This document shows positions 46,260-55,411 of a stretch of DNA of 64,000 nt, piece by piece. The first letter of the stretch is position 1. Each line of letters starts with the position of its first letter. Under the pieces are notes generated by a model, which saw only the letters and a program-made list of their open reading frames with translations, did not search any database and was not told the origin of the DNA. The stretch comes from Oligoflexales bacterium. GTDB taxonomy: Bacteria; Bdellovibrionota_B; Oligoflexia; Oligoflexales; Bog-1112. The position numbers and the translations under genes were made by a program. Location of the stretch: the NCBI GenBank assembly GCA_045105515.1, contig JBGCDR010000064.1, positions 1,460-65,459 of the forward strand, given 5' to 3'.

Positions 46260-46801
46260 TTTGACACCATCTCTTTAACTAGGTTAAACAGCACAATCCG
46301 CTTACTTTTAGGCAACGAAACAATCCTGGTCAAGCAAGTCAGACTATCTGTAACTTCATCCTTACTCATCAAAGAAAGTCCTTTGAGAAACCTGTTCCTT
46401 AAAGGTATTCCCACAAAATCAAACTTATCCAATAGCTCTTGTTCCCAATTAAAGAGCTTTCTTTTTATCTCAGAGGTTCCACTTTCAGTGCGACCATTAC
46501 GCTCCAAAAAAGAAATGAATGATGTTAGGCTCATCCTATTTAACTGTGCAATTTTATGGAGATACTCTAACACTGAAATAACCCTATTGGATGGCTTTTT
46601 TCCCTCTAAGATCCTATAGGTTGCAATTTCAACATCCAAATTCTCGGCAGCCAGTTCTGCACTTAAGTTGTTAATATTGCGATAGTCCTTCAAATACTGA
46701 CGCAACTGATTTTGAATTCTTTGGCGCAAATTATCGTTCATAAATATGGTCAGACCCCCTTGAGTCTCATTTGTATGGTTTTTACCGAAACCAATCTTCA
46801 T
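46256..46801 (-). CDS. hypothetical protein, possible HTH regulator
   Basis: First gene of the five-gene overlapping operon. The segment LSAELAAENLDVEIATYRILEGKKPS is XRE-HTH-like. The start is uncertain (ATG 46801 or ATG 46741). Confidence 0.45.
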   Translation of the reverse strand: MKIGFGKNHTNETQGGLTIFMNDNLRQRIQNQLRQYLKDYRNINNLSAELAAENLDVEIATYRILEGKKPSNRVISVLEYLHKIAQLNRMSLTSFISFLERNGRTESGTSEIKRKLFNWEQELLDKFDFVGIPLRNRFLKGLSLMSKDEVTDSLTCLTRIVSLPKSKRIVLFNLVKEMVSK

Positions 46802-46925
46802 TTAGTGAAATCTATATGAATTACCTATAACTTTTCAAGTCTAAATAATTTAAAAGTTCCATATGAATCACTTTAGAGCCCGCACTCTAATTGATTTCAA
46901 TAGATTACACGGAATGGAGATCAAA

Positions 46926-47432
46926 ATGAGCAAAGCTAAATTACCCTGGGAAGGATTTAAGGGCCAATTACTGCCAAAAAAGCAGCTAAAAGCCAAAACT
47001 AGGTCTTGGGATAGGGTCACATGGGAAAATTACCTTCAAGAAGAGGTTGAATCAGGAAGAACAGAAAGCCTCTTGGATGATCCCTGGAAAATTGATGAGT
47101 ATGAGACGAGTTATGGAAACATTGCAAAAGAATCTTTAGATACGGGCAAATTACAGGCATTCAAAAACCAGCTAGGATCTTTGCTAAGCCTACTAACAGA
47201 AAAAGAACAGCGAATTATTTTTCTTATTTTTTGGAAAGGGCTCTCCCAGCGAGAAATAGCTCGATCACTGAAACTACATAGAAGGTCGGTTGAGAACAGC
47301 CGAGACAGAGCTCTCAAAAAGCTTGGCAATGCGTGGATAAAAGAAGCACTACAAAAAATTAATAAAAAGAATGATGACCAGGACAAAAACCCTCCGAAGG
47401 CTGGAACAAAAAATAGAGCTATAACCAACTAA
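46926..47432 (+). CDS. sigma-70 region-4-like HTH protein (no recognisable region 2)
   Basis: LTEKEQRIIFLIFWKGLSQREIARSLKLHRRSVENSRDRALKKL is a sigma region 4 / LuxR-type HTH. Start trimmed to ATG 46926 after GGAGA. Confidence 0.65.
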   Translation: MSKAKLPWEGFKGQLLPKKQLKAKTRSWDRVTWENYLQEEVESGRTESLLDDPWKIDEYETSYGNIAKESLDTGKLQAFKNQLGSLLSLLTEKEQRIIFLIFWKGLSQREIARSLKLHRRSVENSRDRALKKLGNAWIKEALQKINKKNDDQDKNPPKAGTKNRAITN

Positions 47433-47529
47433 AATTAATTGTTTATTCTGAGTTAAATTTCAGGTGGCCGGTATGTTTTTGGGCCAAAAACCGTAGGTGA
47501 GAGAAACAATGTTTTCTAAAGGAGACAAA

Positions 47530-47946
47530 ATGTCCCAACAGTTCGTTCAGATCAAGAATGACATCCCCGTATCAGTAACCTGTAAAGGTATCAATTACGA
47601 AGATACTAAGGATTTATCTCTAGGACAGCTTTCTATGTTTATTGATCGTGACTTATTTAGACTAAGAAGAGTTTTTCCTGAAAGCAATTTTTTCATATCA
47701 GCAGTTCAAAACGGTGATCAAAAACAAATGAGAGTAGAGGCTACCGCAAATAGTTCCTCAGAGGCCATAAAGCTAAAAAATAAAATTGAGCAAATCTTAT
47801 GGTCATATAACCAGCAAGTGTTAATAGCAAAATGTGGCAGGCTTATTCCAACAAGAACCCGATTTACATACAGAGTTGATATCAAGAGCCCTGACAAAGG
47901 CCCCTGTCCCCAAGTATCTACATCTCATATTCTTCAAGCTGTTTAA
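47530..47946 (+). CDS. hypothetical protein (138 aa)
   Basis: AAGGAG RBS before ATG 47530; the track start is GTG 47497. No domain recognised. Confidence 0.5.
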   Translation: MSQQFVQIKNDIPVSVTCKGINYEDTKDLSLGQLSMFIDRDLFRLRRVFPESNFFISAVQNGDQKQMRVEATANSSSEAIKLKNKIEQILWSYNQQVLIAKCGRLIPTRTRFTYRVDIKSPDKGPCPQVSTSHILQAV

Positions 47947-47955
47947 GGAGCGATA

Positions 47956-48333
47956 ATGAACGGTTTAAATTCAGTACATTCATATCTAGATGACGATTCA
48001 GCACAGAGAGTTTCAGACAAACAAAACCTAGATACCTATCTTAAAGGTAAGGAACAAAACCCAAATGAAACAGATCAGATTGTGCGAACATCATTGAACT
48101 CAAAACTATATATCCAGGTAAGAAAATCGTTAAGTAAACTAACTGAGCAGCAAAGGGAGCTAATCATTCTTAGATTTTGGCACTCTTTAAACTCAACAGA
48201 AATTTCCAAAATTCTTGGAATCTCTGAAGATGAGTTCTATAAAACCCTTAATCATTCATTAGCGAAATTAAGAAAAGAACTAGTGGCTACGCTTTTTAAA
48301 TCTGCAAAATCTAAAAGTGGTCTCAATTCATGA
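47956..48333 (+). CDS. second sigma-70 region-4-like HTH protein
   Basis: LTEQQRELIILRFWHSLNSTEISKILGISEDEFYKTLNHSLAKLRKEL. Its stop overlaps the traU start (ATGA). Confidence 0.65.
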   Translation: MNGLNSVHSYLDDDSAQRVSDKQNLDTYLKGKEQNPNETDQIVRTSLNSKLYIQVRKSLSKLTEQQRELIILRFWHSLNSTEISKILGISEDEFYKTLNHSLAKLRKELVATLFKSAKSKSGLNS

Positions 48334-49346
48334 AGCATCTAACAATATTATTTTCACTTCTAGCAAGTTTGAAATGCTATGGAAAGCTGTTTAAGTTTCC
48401 AAATGCTTGTGATGTCGTAAACACCATGCAATTTGAACAGGAAATGAACCTTCGGGTTAGATACAGCTGGTGCCCAAGCCCTTGGCCCTTACCTCCTTGG
48501 CCATGTGCTCATGTTAGCTATAATTTACCAAAATACTTTATAGAAGTGGTTCATCATCCTGGAGAGACAATGTTTGGATCACTACCTTTTGCAAAATGGC
48601 AGATCGCTCCTTACAGTTCCCCAATCGGATTTTCTGCTGTAGATGATCATGGAGCATATTCATACCATGCACATGTGATTAACGTACCCTTGAGTCAAGT
48701 AGCGTTTGGTGCTTTGCCATGTGGCGGTGGAGTTCCTGATCTCCTATGTTTTTCCGCTGCTAGTGAGCATCTTGGTTCAAATTGGCAAACAGGCGTTGCT
48801 GACAAACTGCAGACACAATTTCTAGCTTGGGCTCCAAGACCTAAAGCATGCTTAACTAAAGGTTCAGCAGTAGGGCTTACTGGCCAATGGGGTGTTACTG
48901 GTGGAGGGATAGAGTTTTCATGTTCACACCCTTTTGCAGCGTGGTTGCCTCGCTATCCACCCACTGATGCACCTGTTTGCACGGCTTGGGGCATCCATTT
49001 TCCTCGAACTGGCATAGCTACTTCTTCTGACACAACTACTGCAGCTCTGCTGGTTGCTTCTCGAATCAAGAGCATTGGATCTGATGTTTTCAGGAGTGTT
49101 AATAGTAATTTAACCGACAAATGGCAGATGATCTACCCACACTCGACCTCTTCATTTAGAGAGGGGCAAAGCATTCCTTGGTTACGTGTAAGAGGGGTCA
49201 ATGAAGCAGGCCGCCTCTCAGGTAAGCCAGATAAATTCTTATTTGTAGTATGGCAAAAATCAAAGTGCACAGTTGATGCTGCAAGGGGAAGTATTTCTCA
49301 TATATGGAAAAGTGCAGTTAAGGCTGCATGTAAGGGAAGTCTATGA
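48330..49346 (+). CDS. traU: TraU-family F-type T4SS protein
   Basis: Signal peptide present. Collinear resemblance to my recollection of F TraU: AYSYHAHVINVPL / AFYHVHWYKYPL, ALLVASRI / SLLVSERM, KWQMIYP / RYQMVNMYP, FLFVVWQKSKC / FGYLMWRKRNC. Confidence 0.7.
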   Translation: MKHLTILFSLLASLKCYGKLFKFPNACDVVNTMQFEQEMNLRVRYSWCPSPWPLPPWPCAHVSYNLPKYFIEVVHHPGETMFGSLPFAKWQIAPYSSPIGFSAVDDHGAYSYHAHVINVPLSQVAFGALPCGGGVPDLLCFSAASEHLGSNWQTGVADKLQTQFLAWAPRPKACLTKGSAVGLTGQWGVTGGGIEFSCSHPFAAWLPRYPPTDAPVCTAWGIHFPRTGIATSSDTTTAALLVASRIKSIGSDVFRSVNSNLTDKWQMIYPHSTSSFREGQSIPWLRVRGVNEAGRLSGKPDKFLFVVWQKSKCTVDAARGSISHIWKSAVKAACKGSL

Positions 49347-50839
49347 AATTTGGAGAGTTTGTTCTTAGCAAAAAAACCATTAATCAAGATCAACTGAAAA
49401 CTGTTCTCAAGGTAATTCCTTACAGAAAAAGAAAAATAGGGCGATTAATGGTGGAACTAGGTTTTCTTAAGCAGAAGTCTTTGGACTGCTTGCTAATGCA
49501 ATATTTTCGCCCAAAATGTCCTTATGGGATCAAGGAACTTAAAGAGCTTTGCAATCCTAGGAATCTTACATTCGGTGCCCTTAGAATCGAATGCGCTAGC
49601 AACAATTTCATTGAATACATCACCACAGAGTTTTCCGATACCTTGATTGAAAAATTGGAAAAACGGCATGCTAGGGATGTCCGCATCTACCAAGTATCAG
49701 AAAGTATAATGCTGTTATTACTAGGCAAGGAAAGCCCTGATAAGAAAAGCAATCAAATTGTTGTTTCATCAGAATTAAACCCAGATGAGAAAATACAGGA
49801 AATTGACCCTTTCTCCAAACTCATTGCCCAATGCTTGAAAGAGGCTAGCACCTCAAGGTGCAGCGACATTCATTTTGAACCATTTGAAGATTGCTACATC
49901 ATCCGCTTTCGCATACATGGTCAACTTCATGATTGGAAAACAATTTCGAAAGAACACTTAGAGCCACTTACTAATAAATTGAAGTGGATCCTAGGTTTAG
50001 ATTTAGCAATTGTTTCCCAACCCCAAGACTCAAGAGCAAGCTTTGCCACCTTAGGCTGTGATATGAGAGTCAACTCTATCCCTACAACAAGTGGATCTGA
50101 AAAGATTGTTGTACGCATTCAATACCAAGATCAAAGTTTGAGCTTACAGCAAATCGGTCTGGATCCTAACAAAATTGCTATTTTGAAAAAAAACATTCAA
50201 AAACACAATGGCTTAATCGTGATTTCGGGTCCAACGGGTAGCGGAAAAACTACCACCCTTTATGCGCTATTAGAAGAAATGGATAGACAAGGAAAAAATA
50301 TTTCCACCTTGGAAAATCCTGTCGAGAAAAAACTTGAGCGCATAGTTCAGTCTAATATCTCATGCGAAGGAGACTTTCATAGCTTTCAGCGTGCACTTAT
50401 GCGTCAAGATCCTGATGTCATCTTACTAGGTGAAATCCGCGATCCAGAAACAGCAGATCTGAGCATGAAATTAGCATCAACCGGTCATTTAGTGCTGTCA
50501 ACTGTTCATGCAAACGGTGCTAAGGAAGTAATTGACCGCCTAATTAATTTGGGAGTTGATCAATTTAGCATAGAAACAAACTTAAGATTATCAGTTGCTC
50601 AGCGTTTACTTCGCAAGATTTGTCCTCACTGCAGAATATCATTGGATTTTGGATACAAAGTTAACCCTATGGGTTGTAAGCAATGCAAAGGTGGAGTGAT
50701 CGGACGTATAGCAATAATCGAATATCTCGAAAAGGAGGATATTATAAGCAAAAATAAATCTACCACTTTGGCTTTAGAAGCAGAAAAGTTGGTAAAAAAA
50801 GGCATTATAGATTTTTCAGAATTAGCCAGTTTTGCATAG
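49343..50839 (+). CDS. GspE/PilB-family (type II/IV secretion) hexameric ATPase with a T2SSE_N/MshEN-like N-terminus
   Basis: Walker A GPTGSGKTTT. Asp box and Walker B RQDPDVILLGEIRD. His box STVHANG. Tetra-Cys CPHC...CKQC. N-terminal repeats KFGEFVLSKKTINQDQLKTVLK and KIGRLMVELGFLKQKSLDCLLMQ. Confidence 0.8.
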   Translation: MKFGEFVLSKKTINQDQLKTVLKVIPYRKRKIGRLMVELGFLKQKSLDCLLMQYFRPKCPYGIKELKELCNPRNLTFGALRIECASNNFIEYITTEFSDTLIEKLEKRHARDVRIYQVSESIMLLLLGKESPDKKSNQIVVSSELNPDEKIQEIDPFSKLIAQCLKEASTSRCSDIHFEPFEDCYIIRFRIHGQLHDWKTISKEHLEPLTNKLKWILGLDLAIVSQPQDSRASFATLGCDMRVNSIPTTSGSEKIVVRIQYQDQSLSLQQIGLDPNKIAILKKNIQKHNGLIVISGPTGSGKTTTLYALLEEMDRQGKNISTLENPVEKKLERIVQSNISCEGDFHSFQRALMRQDPDVILLGEIRDPETADLSMKLASTGHLVLSTVHANGAKEVIDRLINLGVDQFSIETNLRLSVAQRLLRKICPHCRISLDFGYKVNPMGCKQCKGGVIGRIAIIEYLEKEDIISKNKSTTLALEAEKLVKKGIIDFSELASFA

Positions 50840-50847
50840 GAAGCAAA

Positions 50848-51597
50848 ATGCATCGAATTTTATCCGTAATCATTTTATTTTTCGTTCTTAATTCACTAGT
50901 AGTAAATAATTCGCTAGCCTTCGACTATTTCGGCAGCGAAATTGACTACTGGAACAAAAAAGAGGCAAGAAAAAAACAACCTGAAAAGAAGGAGATGAAA
51001 AAGACTCATAAAAAAGAAAGATTCAATTGGAATCAATACCTTGACCCTAAGAATGATGAATTTTTTGAGGAGGGAGACTACAAGCCACCTAAACCATTCA
51101 TGGAAGTAGCTCGCAACCCAAGTGATGAAAATATCAAGAATTGGTTTGCGCTTATTGAGGCTAAAAATAAATTGATGAGTAGGCTCCAAGCCAACCTTTC
51201 TCGTTATCTTACTGATAATCAGATGAAACTAAAGGATACGGAAAAAGAGGCCATATTAAGAGAGATTAATGATTTACCTCAGACCACTAGCGATCCCTAT
51301 AGGTTTCGGTTTCGCTTATACTTCGACTCTAATTGCCATCATTGTAAAAATATGATGCAGACCATGCAGGATCTTCAGAAAGAGGGGTATTTTGTTGAAG
51401 TCAGACAAGTCGATCAGCAAAAACCAAGCTATACAGTTCCGTTCCCAATCTTTAAAGCGACTAAAGAGGAGTTAAAAGATAAGAAAATTTCAGCTTGGCC
51501 AGTTCTATTCGTTGCAGATAGCAAAACAAAGCAAATTTATCGCCTTGACGGCTACCTATCGAGTCAAAAAGTTCTTCAAATTCTTTCTAACAAATAA
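50848..51597 (+). CDS. traF: TraF/TrbB-family thioredoxin-fold periplasmic protein with an intact CxxC
   Basis: Signal peptide present. The C-terminal thioredoxin-like region YRFRFRLYFDSNCHHCKNMMQTMQDL...WPVLFVADSKTKQIYRLDGYLSSQKVLQIL is collinear with F TraF (as recalled) but retains CHHC. Confidence 0.65.
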   Translation: MHRILSVIILFFVLNSLVVNNSLAFDYFGSEIDYWNKKEARKKQPEKKEMKKTHKKERFNWNQYLDPKNDEFFEEGDYKPPKPFMEVARNPSDENIKNWFALIEAKNKLMSRLQANLSRYLTDNQMKLKDTEKEAILREINDLPQTTSDPYRFRFRLYFDSNCHHCKNMMQTMQDLQKEGYFVEVRQVDQQKPSYTVPFPIFKATKEELKDKKISAWPVLFVADSKTKQIYRLDGYLSSQKVLQILSNK

Positions 51598-51610
51598 TAA
51601 TGGAGTCACT

Positions 51611-51973
51611 ATGCCTGATACAAATCAAAGAATGCTCTACTTATTGATCGCAGTTCTTGGAATCTACTTTTTCTTCTTACCAGGATTTTTAGAAGCTGCG
51701 GGCATAAATCTACCTGAGGGAACAAAAAAACTCGAAGACTTAACTGCAGCATCAACTCTTTTAAGAATGATTGATAGTGCAATCTTCAAATTTGGCGCCA
51801 GAATACTAGCAGGCCTTTCCGTTCTTGCAGCTGGATGGAACCTTAAAGAACAGCGATTCGGCATGGCTATTGTCTGCATTTTCGGGGCAGTTGTGATGGG
51901 TACCGTACCCATGTGGATTAAAGGAATATTTGAAATTCAAGCTTCAGGTGGCGGATCTGTCTTTGGGGGATAG
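51611..51973 (+). CDS. candidate conjugative pilin (TraA/VirB2-like position and topology)
   Basis: ATG 51611 follows TGGAG; the track start 51512 overlaps the previous gene. It has a hydrophobic leader LLIAVLGIYFFFLPGFLEAAG followed by two hydrophobic helices. It lies directly upstream of traL-traE-traK-traB, as traA does in F. Confidence 0.45.
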   Translation: MPDTNQRMLYLLIAVLGIYFFFLPGFLEAAGINLPEGTKKLEDLTAASTLLRMIDSAIFKFGARILAGLSVLAAGWNLKEQRFGMAIVCIFGAVVMGTVPMWIKGIFEIQASGGGSVFGG

Positions 51974-51975
51974 GT

Positions 51976-52287
51976 ATGCATAACTATGAAGGAATTAGAA
52001 AAAAGCACTCAACAAAAGTTAGCCAAACTGTTGATACACCAATTATGGTTTTTGATCTTTTCATGCTAGGAGAAATTTTTTCTGCTTTAGCTGCTATGAC
52101 CGTTTTTGGGATCGTTATCTACTCCTGGAAGCTCATGATTCTTTCTTTGTTAGTAACTCTTGGAATCATACCTGCGATTCGAAAGAGGAACAATCGAGGT
52201 ATTTTTCTACATTATCCTTACAAGAAATTTGGCATGAAGCTACCAGGCTTGATGAACCCTAAAGGCAATAAAATCTATTCTGACTAG
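51976..52287 (+). CDS. traL: TraL (VirB3-like) T4SS protein
   Basis: About 100 aa with two TM helices. The basic loop IRKRNNRGIFLHYPY resembles F TraL KKLKKGRGSSWLRDLIYWY. Gene order supports the call. Confidence 0.65.
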   Translation: MHNYEGIRKKHSTKVSQTVDTPIMVFDLFMLGEIFSALAAMTVFGIVIYSWKLMILSLLVTLGIIPAIRKRNNRGIFLHYPYKKFGMKLPGLMNPKGNKIYSD

Positions 52288-52295
52288 GAGGAAAA

Positions 52296-53009
52296 ATGAT
52301 TGGTCCAAGGGAAAAGGGCATCAAGCAAACAGAATGTTTACCACCAAAAAAAGCCGGGGAAGATGCCAAATATAGGGGACTACCAAAATACATTTCATAC
52401 AGAGCTGCTCTACTGAGAGAAAAGCTAGTTCTAAGCTACATGATTGGAGTCTTATCCATCCTATTTATTAGTTATTTTTCCATCTCGAGGATTGAAATCT
52501 CGCAGCTATACAATGATTTAAGAAGCAAGGAGTATATACTTGCTCCTGGCGTTCAAAGTTTTACAGCAGCTACACCCAAAAATGTTCCAGATTCTTATAT
52601 CGAAGATGCAGCAAATGACTTTCTCAGTAGCTTAGGTAATGTCAACGCAAGCACAATAGAAGATCAGTATCAGGGATTAGTTCGGTTTATGAGTAGGGAG
52701 CTTAGGGTAAAATTCGAAGCAGATTCCCGAGAATGGATTCAACAGACTAGAAGTGAAGATCTTGCACAAATTTTTAAAATAAAAAAGAAAGAAATTTCTA
52801 CAGATGGCTCAGGATCATTTCATATCTTAGCTTATGCCACAGCACAGTTCTACTCATCCGGCAAATCTTTAGGCAATGAAGATCAGGTTGTAGAAATGAC
52901 ACTCAAGCTTGTTCCCCCTAATCAGTCTAAAAGATGGTACCTGGAAATAACTAAGCTTTCATGGACCAAGTTGGACGACTTCCGCAAACGTAAGAATTTA
53001 AAAAGATAG
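52296..53009 (+). CDS. traE: TraE T4SS protein
   Basis: Single N-terminal TM helix. Size and sequence pattern (SYIEDAANDFLSSLGNVNASTIEDQYQGLVRFMS) are collinear with F TraE (ASYLQQMALSFIALRLNVSSETVDASHQALLQYI). AGGAGG RBS. Confidence 0.7.
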   Translation: MIGPREKGIKQTECLPPKKAGEDAKYRGLPKYISYRAALLREKLVLSYMIGVLSILFISYFSISRIEISQLYNDLRSKEYILAPGVQSFTAATPKNVPDSYIEDAANDFLSSLGNVNASTIEDQYQGLVRFMSRELRVKFEADSREWIQQTRSEDLAQIFKIKKKEISTDGSGSFHILAYATAQFYSSGKSLGNEDQVVEMTLKLVPPNQSKRWYLEITKLSWTKLDDFRKRKNLKR

Positions 53010-53018
53010 GCAAAAAAG

Positions 53019-53786
53019 ATGAAGATATTAATTATAATTGTGGGCCTTTGTCTCACTCAAGTAGCTATAGCTAAGTCTTTATTCTATGGATCGGAGCGAG
53101 AAAATGTAACTGTGTCGCACGGCACAGAGACCCTTTTTCGATTTGATGAAGAAGTAAAGACAATTACACAAGCTGAGCATTTTGAAATAAAACCTGCAGA
53201 CAGTGAAAATCCTGATTATAGAATCCTATCAATTCGGCCACGATCTGGTTCAGCTTGTGCAAACGTAACATTTATCTTAGCAAACGATAGTATTGTTAAC
53301 CTGAAGCTCAGAACAGTAAAGTCAACATTGCATGAAACAACAAATGCTTTTTATGATCTCAAGCCCAAAAAAGAACAACTAGACCCATCATTTGGAAAGC
53401 AGGAGGGCACTGGCTTAACAGAGATAGAGTTGATGAAAGCAATGATTCGCAAGGATAGCGTGATCGGCTACAAAGTCCGAAATTTGAGCCAAAACGTCAG
53501 GACTGGAATTAAAGAGGTCTCAGCAAAACTAATCACAATCTATACTGGGCCAAGATTTCATGGATATGTCTTTAAGGTGATAAACCATCAGGAGAATAAT
53601 GCACTCGCTATCGACATCAAGAGCCTCTTATTTGGCAGGCCAAATATTGCACTTCTTTCTCAAGTAGATCAGAGCATTTTAGGCACAGACAAAGGCGACA
53701 GACAAACACTTCTACGTATTGTTACCAAACCTAGTTCCACCTATCGAGCTGTGACCTTACCAATTTCTCCAATTCTTAAAAAGTAA
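53019..53786 (+). CDS. traK: TraK (VirB9-like) T4SS protein
   Basis: Signal peptide present. The C-terminal block YTGPRFHGYVFKVINHQENNALAIDIKSLLF resembles F TraK [28 protein letters not shown]. Confidence 0.7.
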   Translation: MKILIIIVGLCLTQVAIAKSLFYGSERENVTVSHGTETLFRFDEEVKTITQAEHFEIKPADSENPDYRILSIRPRSGSACANVTFILANDSIVNLKLRTVKSTLHETTNAFYDLKPKKEQLDPSFGKQEGTGLTEIELMKAMIRKDSVIGYKVRNLSQNVRTGIKEVSAKLITIYTGPRFHGYVFKVINHQENNALAIDIKSLLFGRPNIALLSQVDQSILGTDKGDRQTLLRIVTKPSSTYRAVTLPISPILKK

Positions 53787-53795
53787 GGGGCATAT

Positions 53796-55049
53796 ATGAG
53801 TAGATCTCTAAAATCACTTTTCAGACGGACTGTCGGAAAAAGTCGTATCGAGCCTAAGTACTATTTTTATTTCATCTGCTTTTTGTTGCTTATATTAATT
53901 TATTTTTTCAGCAAAAGTCAAAATCACAGCCTTACCACAATAAGCAGCCAAAGTGAGGGACCGTCCACTAGTCGGATTTTGTCCTCAAACTCGGAAATTT
54001 ATAAACGAAAGGAGAAAATTTATAGCTCAAAAATCAAAGAACTCGAAGCCGAACTTAGCCAAATGCATCAGCAAATAAATGCGTACAAAGACGAACAGGC
54101 GCTTCGAAACAAAAACACGAGCAAGAAGGAAAAGCAAGAAGAGGAAAATACAAAGCATGATCCTGCTCCGTTAAATCAAACACCAATAGCTGGTCCACAG
54201 ATAAGCTCAGCTGTTCGCGAGTTCGAAACTACTCTTGCAAATGGGCCTATCCCAGAAGAGAGAAACATATTTTATTCGCAGGCCAATAGACATCCTAATA
54301 GTTCAATGCGCAATAAGATCTCAAGCAAGGGTCGGTCAATAATTTCCTTCCCTGTGCAGACATCCGAAAAACCACTAGGGGATTCTGTGACAATCCCTTC
54401 TGGATCTTTTGTGAAAGCTAAACTTTTGACCGGAATAGAAGCACCAGAAGGAAAGGCCCTGCCAGTCCTACTCCAAGCTGATTATGCATTCATCGGACCA
54501 AATAAAAGTCAAATCGACTTATCAGGTTGCTTCCTCATTGCAAAATCCACGGGTAACCTTTCCATCGAGCGGGTTGAGATGCAAGTAGCCAAGATCTCAT
54601 GTGTATCTAGATCGGGAAAGAGCTTTGAAAGAAAGGTATCTGGTTTTGTAGCGGATGGGAAAGACAATTCATTTGCGATAGCGGGTGAAGTAAGCAGTAA
54701 GCAAGATCAAGTAGCAACCATGGCTTTTCTCTCATCAGTGGTGGAGGGAATAAGCTCTGCAGTAAGCCAAGCACAAACTAGTACCTTAAGGGATGCTCAG
54801 AGCACATCCACAATGATTTCTGGATCTCAGCAGAAGTATATCGCAGCAGGAGGTGCTAGCAACGCAGCAAATACAATAACCAATTGGTACCTACAACACG
54901 CCGAGAAGCTTCTACCAACCATTAATATCGGATCTGGCCAAGAGGTATGGATTATTGTCCAAGAAAAGACCCAATTGCCTAATTGGTACTTTAAACGGAC
55001 AGAGTCAAAGAAAGGCAATACCTCTTATTTAAGCAACATTCTTCATTAG
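53796..55049 (+). CDS. traB: TraB (VirB10-like) T4SS protein
   Basis: N-terminal TM helix, coiled coil and low-complexity linker. The C-terminal TrbI/VirB10-like beta domain includes IPSGSFVKAKLLTGIEAP, PVLLQADYAFIGPN, GQEVWIIV. Confidence 0.7.
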   Translation: MSRSLKSLFRRTVGKSRIEPKYYFYFICFLLLILIYFFSKSQNHSLTTISSQSEGPSTSRILSSNSEIYKRKEKIYSSKIKELEAELSQMHQQINAYKDEQALRNKNTSKKEKQEEENTKHDPAPLNQTPIAGPQISSAVREFETTLANGPIPEERNIFYSQANRHPNSSMRNKISSKGRSIISFPVQTSEKPLGDSVTIPSGSFVKAKLLTGIEAPEGKALPVLLQADYAFIGPNKSQIDLSGCFLIAKSTGNLSIERVEMQVAKISCVSRSGKSFERKVSGFVADGKDNSFAIAGEVSSKQDQVATMAFLSSVVEGISSAVSQAQTSTLRDAQSTSTMISGSQQKYIAAGGASNAANTITNWYLQHAEKLLPTINIGSGQEVWIIVQEKTQLPNWYFKRTESKKGNTSYLSNILH

Positions 55050-55057
55050 GAATTTTT

Positions 55058-55411
55058 ATGCATTTAATCCAAATATTCATACTAACAAGCCTAGTTGGAG
55101 GGTGCGCTATCAACAGGGCACCCAGCCTTAATTTACTTGAAAAAACCGCTGACTATCAAAATACCTTTGAAATCAATGAAGCTCTAAACTCAGTGGATCA
55201 CCCTTTACTAGTTCCTGTGAGAACAACACCACAGATCGCAGATATCTGGGTACATCCGCAAGAGTTACCTAATGGTGACTATTTTCGCGGAGGTTGGATC
55301 CGTACGGTGCTTACAAGATCTCACTGGCAGGTTCAAGAGCAGAAAATTAAACCATTGGTAATTCCAAAAAATGAGCAAAGAAAAGGTGGGTCTACTAATG
55401 AAGGTCATTGA
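55058..55411 (+). CDS. traV: TraV lipoprotein
   Basis: Lipobox LTSLVGGCA. ADIWVHPQELPNGDYFRGGWIRTVL resembles F TraV ALWIAPYIDNQDVYHQPSSVFFVI. Confidence 0.7.
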   Translation: MHLIQIFILTSLVGGCAINRAPSLNLLEKTADYQNTFEINEALNSVDHPLLVPVRTTPQIADIWVHPQELPNGDYFRGGWIRTVLTRSHWQVQEQKIKPLVIPKNEQRKGGSTNEGH

